Positions 1-11,108 of a DNA stretch of 64,000 bases are shown in pieces. The stretch is from positions 3,966,093-4,030,092 of the forward strand of contig MU058687.1 in NCBI GenBank assembly GCA_013265495.1, written 5' to 3'. The DNA is from Vicugna vicugna. Its lineage: Eukaryota. The notes under the pieces were generated by a model. It was given only the letters and a program-made list of their open reading frames with translations. It was not told where the DNA came from and searched no databases. The position numbers were made by a program, and so were the translations under genes. The first letter of the stretch is position 1; each line of letters begins with the position of its first letter.

Positions 1-463
1 TGCAGCCGCCCCCGTCCTCCGCCCGGCTTGTGCAGCCTGGCCCTGCCCGCCGCTGCCGGCCCGCGTCTCAGGCTGGGTGTCGGGGGGACGCTCTGTGCCC
101 GTTTAACTTAGTTCTGTCAGACAAGGGCTGCTCTGTACAGATCCGAGCCTTGGAGGCTCCCCCTCCTTCCCGCTGGCCTCTCAATTGGAGAGGGGAGACC
201 CAGCGAGCAAGCGCCAGTCCTCCTTTGCCGCTCCCTCCCCGCGGGACCCGTCCCGCGCTGCTTTGCCTTTTGTTCTTTCTTTTTTCCTTTTCTCCTACCA
301 GATTTTTGGCGTCTTTATCTTTTGAAGAGGGCGATGATCTGTTGGAGTTCCGCAGGTGCTCTGGTTGGCTGAGTGGGTCTGTAGATGTGGGTCTTGGTGT
401 ATTTGTGGGAGAGGGTGACTTACAAGCGTCCTTCTACTCCGCCATCTTGCCCGGAAGTCTCCC
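1..463 (-). mobile_element. LINE-1 5' UTR/internal promoter; 5' end of a probably full-length, relatively young L1 continuing left of the window
   Basis: Minus strand begins GGGAGACTTCCGGGCAAGATGGCGGAGTAGAAGGACGC, the typical L1 5' terminus with a YY1 site (CAAGATGGCGG; GCCATCTT at 441-448 on +). The segment is CpG-rich and switches abruptly to AT-rich flank at ~465. The minus-strand flank TAAAGAAGAACA resembles an L1 endonuclease target/TSD. Confidence 0.8.
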
Positions 464-2299
464 TGTTCTTCTTTAGAGATAGGTAAAAACTATTTAGTCA
501 TTCATTATCAAAGTTTACAGCCCTAGAAGGTGTTCTGGTCTTCATCTGAATTATTCTTTAAAAAGCAAGCAGTAAAGAAAAGCACCTGCGATGATTAGAC
601 GGGCTGCCCAGTTGTTAAAAATCAAATTTTCACCTCTACAAATGCAGGTTCATATTCTGTTCTTAAGTCATCAGAGGGAAACACAAGATGTTCACTGTCA
701 GTTTAGACTGTCAAAAAAGCTTGTCCAAAATCTGTAAAGTTGTCATTCCCCATATATTCTCACTGCAGAAGCCAGAGATCCCACTTCCTGGGCTTAAACT
801 TTCTGACTAGACAAATGGACCCTCTGGGATGATATGCATGTCTTAGATGAATGTCTGAGCGGGAGCTGCAGATAGAGTAACCTGCTTTTGTTAGGTTGTT
901 AGAACCTGGATTGTTATACAAGATAAATCTATGAAGTAGGGAAAAAAGACCTAAACTAATGTGTCTGCTCATGAGGCCTTTATAAGCTATTATAAGTTAA
1001 CACTTAAGTACCTAGACCTTATTTTTGTGGTTCTTGGCAGTTTTTAAAGTTCCTGTAATATAGTACACCAAGTACCCAAAGGTGATGCCCATCAGTGAAA
1101 GATATGGGAGGTCAGCAGAGAGGCTGAGTTTCCGGGGAAATGGCAGTTTATGTGCAGTTTCCCCCACCTAGAAAAATTGTTACCTGAATTCCTCTCCAGG
1201 TGGCAATCTAACTCAGGTTGGAGTTCCAGGAGCAAGCGTTGGTTAGGGAGTGTGCTTAATTTGACTGTTGCTTTGTGTGTGAAGTAAAAGAGAAAAAAGT
1301 AAGGGTCCTAAAGCGAAGATGCCTTGAGAAGCAATGAGAGCATCTCTGTGAACTGTCAAGAGGTCCCGCAGAACCAAGAGGACTGGGTTTGAGTTAGGCT
1401 GTGACCAGAGATAGGAATGATCGCTCTTGTTTAGTTTTTATCCTTGACGTAAATGGGAGCAAGTTTCACCAGAAGTAAAATTTCAACCAGAAGCCAGGCT
1501 TTTTGAACTTAGGATTTTGTCTCCTCCTCTGCTAGAAAGTGATGAGGCCTCAGTCCCTGCCCTGATTGGTTCACAGGTGGATACATCTGGAGGTAGGTGG
1601 GAGCAATTCGTGCGTTTCATTTTATTAAAGGACCCCCCCAAAAGGAAAACAGTCCATTCTGGAGGGGTTACTGGAAGTAAGACAAGCCTGTGATGTGCTC
1701 CCACTTGTTCACTGTTGGTTTTCTCTCTGGGATGTCTTCTCCACCAGGAGTCTAGTCATGGGGGGAAAGAACCATAACCAGTAACTGTCAGCTTTCCCCA
1801 AGGAGTCAGCCAGCCAGCTTCCCTCTAGCCTACACAGGGGTTGGCTCTGATACATGATAGACTGCTACATGTCTGGGAGTGGTTCAGCCATTTTCCATGC
1901 AACTTGTCTATGGATGAGAGTAGACTAAAATTAAGATCTTTAGTATGTAAAAACCTTACCAATAAGTTGAGTGTTAATGGTAGCAAAGAATCTAGGCAGA
2001 CTGGGTAATTTTGGAGCCATTTATGAAATATATGCCTGGGCCAAAGGCCTTTTGGCAAACGAACGGGTCTCTTCTGCCCATCAGCCAGACTCAGAAGACT
2101 TAGGTTCTGATAACCATGACTGTAATGACTGAACTCCCTATGTCTACTAGCCCACTCTAACCATCATGGTTAAAAGAAACTTCTTCGCCTTCAGAAGAAA
2201 ATTGTTCATTTTATTCCATCCCATGGCTACCTCCATTTTGAATTATTTAGGAAGCATTTTGTTGAAGTGGTTCCTCATTATGTGTAATTCAAGACCATT

Positions 2300-2640
2300 T
2301 ATTAACTCATTTACACAGTACACATTAATTGATCATATACAGTGTGCCTGACACTGGGAAAACAAAATAATATATCACTATTCTTATCCATGAAGTCATC
2401 TCATTCTATTTGTAGATGTAAAAAACAATTATAATATAGAGTGAGAAATATCAAGTCACGTGCAAATTGCTTAAGGAGATAGCAGCTAACTGTCTAGGTG
2501 GTTAGAAGGATTCACAGCTAAGGTACATTTGTTCAGGGCTTTGAAGAATGAGTAGGAGTTTCCTAGGTGAATCACAGGAAGAAGAGGGCTGTATATCAAA
2601 GGAGCTGCATGCATGAAGACACAGAAGACAGAGCATAAGC
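2300..2640 (-). mobile_element. L2 LINE 3' fragment (old)
   Basis: L2-like tail (ttattaactcatttacacag...tgtgcctgacactgg) and body (ggcttgaagaatgagtaggagtttcctagg); boundaries approximate. Confidence 0.55.
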
Positions 2641-4189
2641 TCAATTCTGGATTTCACCCCTTAAAAGCCGGGTAAAGTCATGTAGCTTATTTTGAAGCCT
2701 CAATATCCTTATTTGCAAAACATAGAAGTATTATTTCCTGTCTACTCACAATGTTATGTTGAGACTCAAGTATCCTCATGTTTTTGAAATTCGCTTCAAA
2801 ATGATGAAGCTAGGAATGATTACTGGATAGGCTGGATGGTTGTCCAACTGGTGCCCTTCATGAGGGAAGGAGACAGTACACCGCCCATCACCACAGTGAA
2901 GGTTAAGGGCTGTGAGGACCACAGTGGGCAGAGGAAACAGACATTTAAAGGATAGTGCTGAGAAGTTAATCTGCTTCCCTTTTTAAATAGCTCTGCATGG
3001 AAGCTGTCAGTGGGACTCTCCCCCCAGCCAGATTTATGGTTTCTGAATGGCATTGTTTTACTTTGCCATTTTGGAGGCTAAACAAGGCTGGAGGGAACAA
3101 GAGTCTCATTTTCCTATCAGTGGTAAATGCATATCAGTCAATGTAATTGAAGTCCAGATGGAGTAATTTATGGGAGACCCATTGCATACTCCCTTGTTCA
3201 CTCCTCTCTCTCTCCCTCCCTCCCCTGTCCCCCACTTTCCCTCCTGTTCTCTCCACCATCTTTTCTTTTTGTCCCTTTCTGGTATTCAGATACGTCCACA
3301 TGAAAAGCATAGGCCAGTTAGAAAATATTGCTCTCACCCTTCGGTCCATCTCCCTTGATGTTTAGGCTAGTTCGGCAGCTGGTCTTCCCCAAAGACACAT
3401 CTTTCCAAAAAAAGGCATCTATCACTTTAATGAGGGCCATTTAGATATTAATTATCAAGGTAAACGATGAAGAAAGATTTCCTTTTCTTGAAAGTCATAT
3501 ACACAGAGAGCTAATTAACCAATGCTACGCAGGAGGGGATATGCTCTACCTGAAGCCCAGGGTTGATTTTTTACAATGATCACTTACCAATCAAGGATAG
3601 GAAATGAGGAACATTTTATAGGCTCTTGTATTAATTATTCTGTGGGGATGGATGAAAATTCTGGGGTGGGGCAAAGCACCCCCAGATTATTCTTGGGGAA
3701 ATGGATCATATACTTTTATAAAAACTTACAAAAGCTTTAATGACAATGTAGGGTTTACAGTGTAAACTATAATGATGTAATGGGTAAGAGGCTCTCTCTC
3801 TGAATAGAGCTTATATGTATATCCTGATGAAATAAAAAAGGATGGAGTGTACATTTTTTGAGGATATACAAAAGGAAACTTGGGGACCAATAGACGAGAA
3901 GGGTGAAACTTAATTGTTGGCTTTTATTGTGTGAAGAATTCTTATTCAAGAGGATGTGGGTCCACCACTTTTGAATCTTACTGGTACATGCACAGGAAGA
4001 AATAGATAAGAGATGAAGAGGAACTACTTAAGTTGAACTTCAATAAGATATCCTTATTGTTTATTTCCTGTATCATAGGTTTTTCAAAGTAGAATCTTTC
4101 TTATCTGGTCAGTATGACTTAAGTATCATCACAAGAAAAAGGCTATAATGGTGGAAGGAGGGAATATTCAAGGCAGAGGATTAATATTT

Positions 4190-4420
4190 ATAAAGCACAT
4201 ACTATGAATGAGGTGCTATACTTTTTTATATACATTATCTCTCTTAACCAACAATTCTATAAATTAGGTTTTTCTACATTTATTTTACAAATAAGAAAAC
4301 TGAAAATAAAAGAGGCAAGTAACTTAATCAATGTTACATAGCTATGATATACCGAAGTCACAATTTGAATCCAGGAGTGTCTGACTCTAAATTCCATACT
4401 CTTCATATTTTACTATGATG
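4190..4420 (-). mobile_element. MIR SINE
   Basis: MIR core: attttacaaataagaaaactgaa...aagtaactt...tttgaatccagg...tctgactct. Confidence 0.7.
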
Positions 4421-4552
4421 CCCAATAAATGTTTGTTGATCGACTCATCTTTATTCAAGGTAGGAGGGTGAACTCATTGGTTTCTCTTAGTCTTTTCCAT
4501 AAACCTATTATCAGAGATAGTTGACTGCAGTGAGAATGATTCCTGGTATTAT

Positions 4553-5065
4553 TATAGTGATAGACGTCTTTGTGTTGCCTAGCTAATATCTTTGCCCTTT
4601 CTTTGGGAAATAAAATTTTTTTCCCTAAGAGTATTAAAAAACACATTTCTCTGATGGAGATGGGATCTCCTTCTGCTGTAACTCACTTTCAGTTATAAGA
4701 ATGGGCCCATAATCTAGACCTGATCAATCAGAATAGCCTATTCCATCCACAGCTATTGATTTTTCATGTCTCCCAAGTTGATTTTACCTTTTGCTAGAAA
4801 GCATCGTCAGGGAAGATGCTCTCTGTCCACTGGAGTTAAGCATGTAGGATGCAAGGCAGAGATGACTGGGAGGATCTATTCCCTTTAATTAGAAATAGAA
4901 GAGCTTGCCTAAGATAAAAGAAAGAAAAGGAGAGTCAGCCATACTGATGTTCTTTAAGACCCTAGGTCCAGCCAATTTTTTAATTCTTTAAAGGGATCTA
5001 AATCTATAGTGTTTTTCTTTTATCTTGGTTTATGTTATTTGCAACCAAATTAATTTTTAAATACA
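4553..5065 (+). mobile_element. MaLR (MLT1-type) LTR relic
   Basis: MLT1-like start (tagacgtctttgtgttgcctagc) and end (tgttatttgcaaccaaa...ataca); subfamily not determined. Confidence 0.55.
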
Positions 5066-5876
5066 TAAAAATCTGGCAATGTTACCTCACTTTGTGTGAG
5101 TGGCTGATAAATCATATATCCATAGTCAATGAGACAGCACTGATCCCACCCCATGATAGTGGACACAAGCTTGACCCAAATTTTGTGAAGACTTTGGTGC
5201 TGGCCCCTGGTCCCCAGATTCTCTCTGGACTGCTCTGAGGAATCAATTCCTTGGCCAACAAGTACATTGAGTGCCTCAGGCTCTGTATAAGGCCTAGGGG
5301 AGTGCCTGAATTTGCCATTACGAGCCATCTCTCTTCCCTGTGAGAGCCCAGAGGCTGCTGTAAACTCAAGGAATAATACTAAGTGAGAAATGAGGTACTG
5401 AGTGATTATCAGTTGCATGAGTGTTCAAAACTCCCAACAGCTTTCCAACAAACTTGATTGGAGCATGAAGTTTGAGCCCACACCCAAACCCTCTAATTCA
5501 AATCTTGACTCTAACCAGTGGTAAGACCACAGGGCCCATTCATGGTTAGTAAGAAATATAAGAGAGGATGACCAGTAGATCAGACTTTAATCAAGAGTCT
5601 AAATGTGGGTCAGCTTCCTGCATAGCCAGGAAACAGCAGAGAAAGCCATATCCAAGTGAATGAGCTTTCAGTTTCAGTGTGTCCGTCCACTAGAAAACAT
5701 GACCCAGCCACGCCCAGGCCAGGGAATGTGGGAACCAGGGGCAGGTGCCAAAGTCTTCACAAAATTTGGATCAGACTTGTGCACACTATTATGGGATGGG
5801 ATTGGTGCTGTCTCGTTGACTATAGGTATGTGATTTATCAGCCACTCACACAAAATAACATTGCCAGATCTTTATG
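5064..5876. repeat. Long diverged inverted repeat: arms 5064-~5233 and ~5715-5876, ~480-bp spacer
   Basis: The reverse complement of the right arm aligns to the left arm at roughly 80-85% identity (hand alignment). Perfect blocks are TTTGTGTGAGTGGCTGATAAATCA (24 bp) and CCAAATTTTGTGAAGACTTTGG (22 bp), with one 5-bp indel. Confidence 0.95.
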
Positions 5877-5950
5877 ATTGAATCATGGTTCAATCCAGGG
5901 AGCTGGACTGGGAAAAAGAAGTCCATCATCCACAGATTTTGGTACTTTAT

Positions 5951-5969
5951 CATCATCATCATCACCACC

Positions 5970-6000
<31 letters not shown>

Positions 6001-6001
6001 C
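5951..6001. repeat. Compound trinucleotide microsatellite (CAT)4(CAC)7(CAT)5CAC
   Basis: Read directly from sequence. Confidence 0.95.
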
Positions 6002-6344
6002 CCTGTATGCTAGCAATACACCTCATTAGTGATTTTGGACACAAAGATGTACTGCAAACACAAGGCCTAAGAACTGGTCAGCATTATGGAAATCACTGCA
6101 CTAGCTTCATGTGTGTTACTTCTTTGTCTTCACTGAGTATGTGTATATTCCCACCCATAAATGGGCCTGCTCTTTGAGGATATACAAGAGTGGGGAAAAG
6201 TCTATATTGTGTTACAGTGATCCACTGAGGAGAAGCACCTTATGTGTGTGTTTTTAGGAAGTCATGTTATAGGGTGTGTATGTCTACTGACATAATCACT
6301 AAACCAGAGCCAAGGTCTGTAGGGACTACTTGAGATCATCTTTC

Positions 6345-6520
6345 TAAGCTGGTTGGTAATTCTCAAGCTGGGCTGTCTAACGGAATTCCCAGACAGCTTA
6401 TTAAAAACACTGGTTCCTGGGCTCCACCCAAGGAACTGAACCAGAATCTCTTCTGGTAGGAGGGTAGGACATAGGAATATTTATTTATAACAACTTCCTC
6501 AGGTGATTCTTATGCCTGTC
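6345..6520. mobile_element. MER5-type hAT-Charlie DNA transposon relic
   Basis: ttctcaagctgggctg...cctgggctccaccc...aaccagaatctc...aacaacttcctcaggtgattcttatgc matches the MER5A/B pattern. Confidence 0.7.
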
Positions 6521-6979
6521 CACAGGATTGCCCTTGGGGATCCCTTTATCTTTTACGTTCAAGTTAGAAAACATCACTCTGAAATCTCATGAGCCCGATG
6601 AGAATCTAACCTGTATTTGAAGATGTTTAGAAAAACGTGTCTGCAACCTCTCTCCAGCAACAAATTCTTTTGTCCAGTAAACTTCATTTTCAAAATGCTC
6701 CATCTCATATCTCACATAAATCCCCGGCATTGCAGAATCTGTTTCCAGACCCCTGCTTACTGTTATTGTGGACTTCGTTGTTGTTTTGTGCTGCTACCAA
6801 GGCTCATGCAGAGAGGAGGCTGGATCACAGATATGCTTCCCTAGCTTCCTCTTGGTTCCTTGTTGTATTTTTTATTTGATCCTTGATTCCGAAGTGTTCA
6901 TGCTTGGAATGTTTTACCAATTCTATATTTCTCTCAGTAAAATCCATGACTTTAACCTCATCTGGACCTAAGTAAAGTG

Positions 6980-7444
6980 TGTCGATCAAAAATTCATTAG
7001 TCAATCTAAGAAGGGAATGGAAAATTTTATCTGAGCCAAATGTGAGGATTATAACCCAGGAAGAGAATCTCAGAAAGCTCTAAGAACTGTTCCATCAGTT
7101 AGAAATCAAGGCACAGTTCCGTATGTTTTTGAGACAGAGGGCTGTACGTCAAATGATGTATTATTTAGTTTACATAATCCAGATCTAAGCATCATCCTGG
7201 TGGGTCATGTGACCCCTTATAAGATCAAGGAGGAATGTTATCTTTTAAGGAGTTGTCTTGTTGATGTTAGGAGAACATTGCTCTTTATGTCTGAGCTGGT
7301 ATTCCTGCTGATGGGAGAGGTTTGGTCACTGTATAATGCAGATACACAATGCACAGTGGGGGAATGAGGGGGCTGAAGGGCAGAGAAGAATTTTTATGTT
7401 TAAATTTTTCTTCTCTTCCCATAAAATATGAATTTTATTTCACA
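6980..7444 (-). mobile_element. ERV1-type solo LTR (MER41-like)
   Basis: TG...CA termini (tgtcgatcaaaaa...tttatttcaca), 465 bp, imperfect 4-bp TSD agtg/agtc. Contains the MER41-like segment ttttatctgagccaaatgtgagga...aacccaggaag...tctcagaaagctctaagaac. Confidence 0.7.
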
Positions 7445-10400
7445 AGTCATTGAAAATGGCATCAAAATGAATTAGATCATATTAATTTGCTGGGGCAGGG
7501 AGAGGGGCGGAGGATCATGAATGGGAAAAGAGTGAGGGTCTGGGAGCCTGAATGTGAGTTTGTTTGAAGAGGAAATGATAATTCCAGTGTCTTTATTTTT
7601 TTTTTTTTCACTTTTGCATTCTCCTGGTAGCTAATCGGCTTGGCGTAATCCTCTTAACTGCATGTGTTCTATCAGTATTTTATGTGATCTACTTCTCTGA
7701 CAATCCTTTCTGTGGTTTGCTAGCTTCCTCCTATTTTGGAGAACCTCTAGACAGTACATGGGAAAATCAACTATTTCTCCATTTTCATACAAATTTGAGT
7801 TCTTGGGATGCTTAGAAGATGAGGAGGGCCCTTTGCACAGTTTGGAGTTGTGTGAAAAGTCTGGAAGCAATGTTTCCAGCTTTCAAAATTTAGTAGGGAG
7901 AGACCCAAACAGTCTTTCTCCATTGTTTGTAAGCTGAATCCTAATTTATACACTGTTGGTATGCACCAGGGGACTGCTGCTCTGAATTAGAGGACGTGAG
8001 ATAAAGGCAACCATGAAAGGTACATTAGCCCGCACACCTAGGCGCTGAGAACACTAGTTAGTAGCTGTTGGAGTTCTTTAATAAGCTTGACATTGCTTTT
8101 GTTCAGATCATCAAGGAAATGAGAGCATGAGGGGGGACATCCTTCACTTACCCTAGATGAAGGCAGGTGTTTTCTTCCTAAAGACCCAGCCCTATCTGTG
8201 TTCTGCCTTCTGTGGAGAACGACCTCAGAGCTAAAAAAGTATGACCACTTGCCCCAGAACTTCAGTCCCTCTGCTCGACATTATACCATAATTACTTCTT
8301 CCAGTTGGTTGGGAATTCAGATCTCTCTAAATTAAAATACTCCTGAGAGAGGTCTAACTTTAATCCCTTTATCAGCTTACTCTGTAATTATCAATTAATA
8401 CTGTAGGAGAGATTAGCTTGCAACCAATAGAAATCAGGAGAGTGGTGTAGTGAGTTCTCCTGGTTTTGCTACTTATGTAGCAGAGTGACCTTGATTTTTA
8501 AATTTCTCTAGGCCCTTAGTTCTTCATTTTTTTAAGTAGAAGGGCTAGGTGATACAAATGCATTCCTGAATTGCTGACTGAAAGAGGGTTGGTAAAGAAC
8601 TTCCTTTCTTCCCGAGTTTCTTCACTGTGTTCCTGCAACTCAGATCACACAATTGTGCATCAAGTGAAACAAAAAGAGAGTGAAGCCTAGACTGCCATAG
8701 AATTGCTTAATTGCAAACCTCGAACAGCTGCATCCCAGAGATGAGTTTGCAAAGGAGTATCTTATGGGATGTCACAGCTCAACAGCAGAAAAGTAGGTGA
8801 TACGATCAGAAAGCTTGCCAGGACATCGTGGACATTTGCCGTGCAGAATGACATCAAGTGGCTGTCTGAACACGGTCTGCAATCCTTCTCTTGACTTTGA
8901 AGAGACCCTTGGGCCTCAAAACTTTGAATCTGCACAGATAGCACTGTAGCCAGCAGGCCCGGCTTTCTCATGTCAAAATGATGCAAATGTTTCTGTGGAT
9001 TCAGGGCTTGGAGTCACAAGAACTGGATTCCAGTGTGACATCTGAACCCCTCCACCCTAATTATTAAGTTTGAGCTTTCCTATATCCTAAGCACGGAGTT
9101 GTTGCATACTTTATCTCATTCAGGTTGTGACCTTGGGCTCTTAATTTCTGTGGATCTTCATTTTCTTATCAATTAAAATGGAATATTTCTGCCCTATCTG
9201 ATAACAGTAATTAACATTTACTGAATGCTTTCTATGAGCCAGGCACTGGGGTTAGCACCTTTTGTACATTCGTATCTTACTTAATACTTAAAATAACCCT
9301 AAGAAGTAGGTAGGAATTATGATTATTTCCTTTACCACAGATGAGGAAACTGAATTGGACTAAGTGGGATAAAGCAACATTGAATGGAGTTTGTGGAAGG
9401 AAGGGGCTTCATGTTTCCTGATCTTCCCGAAAATCCAAGTCAGGTGACTGCTTTTGCTGATATAACCCTGAATTACCCTAAAGGGGATTTCTGGTTTTAG
9501 TCCTGACTATATGAAGCCATTTCATCTCAGGGAGGACCAAACGGAAGACTGTTTGTGCATGGAGATAGTAAGGTGGTCACGAGAAATAGAATCCAAGGGA
9601 CCTTCTACGACCGAATAGAAGCTGCTTGTTTAAGAGTACGTGTGAATTCCAGATTTTCCTTACGAGGAGGTTCTGTTGGCTAACTTGCTAACGTCACCAA
9701 GAATAATGTCAATACACTCAGTCCATCGCTTTTCTTCCCCCAGTGCCTTCTTTTCGGCATCATCTTCCAGAGTCATGCCTTATTGAACATTCTAAGTTCC
9801 AGTTTTCATGATCTGAAAAATGGGATTAATAATACCTTTAATTGGCTAGGGGGGTGTAAATAAGAGAAGTAAATAAGATAGCAGGCATTGAAGTATTTTT
9901 TTCAGTGATGAGATAATATAGCTGTTGAGCCTAACAGTGACCGTGTTGATTCCTGACTTACTATTTGTCACTGACCATAGGACTGTATCTCTCTTATTCG
10001 GAAGATGTGCCTTCCAATATTTGTTTTCTTCTTTAAAAAGATTGCCATTTGCTAATTTTCTTCCTTCTCCATGGAATAAAATTATATCAAGGAGAATTGA
10101 AAATTAAAAAAAAATCTGTGCAGTAATTGGTAGGGGAAGGATACTGAGAAGAAAAGCAGACAGCTGTCTTCCGTTTAGCATATCTGTGAGTGTGTTAATT
10201 TAATTGGAACTGCCCTGTATAAATATTAAACTCAATTCACTTTCTCTTATAGCTCCTTTGCTTTTCAAAGTATTCCCAGTTACAGATTATCTTTTTAAAA
10301 TTCTTCTTTGAGTTGGAGGGAGTTAATGGCAGAAAGACAACTCAAATTTAAATGAACTGAGAGCTTTTTATCTTATCACACTTTGTCTCCGTTATTTTGG

Positions 10401-10889
10401 TTTGCCTAGCTGCTGGCCCAGAGGCAAAAGGAGTGCTTGCTTTTCTTGCCTTTCTAGATGGAGGTACTACAACAACTTCTGTTCAGTGGAATACATATTT
10501 TGTGTTGTTTTTTCAGGAGGTGGAGTGTATTACTTTATGTATTTACACTCTCAATTACCTGTGGATAATCACCAAACTTTTCCAGGTTACTAGCCAGGAT
10601 ATGGGATGTAGCCTGGGTCGTTGTTTCATTTGATTCTCCCGTGACTCCATGAGGGTAGGATAACATTATCCCAATTTTACAGGGTAGGGACAATAAGTCA
10701 GAAAGCCAGACATATTTGACTGCCAAGTATAATTTCTAGTGTTAGAAATGATGGACTTAGTTCCTAGATTGAACTTTTGATAGATTTGGGAAAAAGTTAG
10801 TGAAAAAACTGTGCATGGAATTAGCTTGAACTGAACTCATGAGAATCATAGAATCACATAGGCAGACAGTCCTCACTTATAGGACCTAT

Positions 10890-11108
10890 TTTGTAGGATG
10901 AGGTGAGGGAGGGAGGGCCGTGCAAGTGCAGAGTTGGATCTTGTCTTTATTTAAAATTGTGATTTCATTCATCGTGGATTTTTGCATTCACTTTAATTTT
11001 TTTAAGTGTTACATTAAAATTTTATTTATATTGAGGCTTTTTTGGTGGCCCCTTAAATTTTGTGCCCCAAATGAGTGCGGTGCTTGCTTCACCCAAGTCT
11101 TAGTCCTG
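10890..11108. mobile_element. Arthur1-like hAT-Tip100 DNA transposon end
   Basis: ttcatcgtggatttttgcatt...ggtggccccttaaattttgtgcccc...cttcacccaagtcttagtcctg resembles the Arthur1 terminus. Confidence 0.6.
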
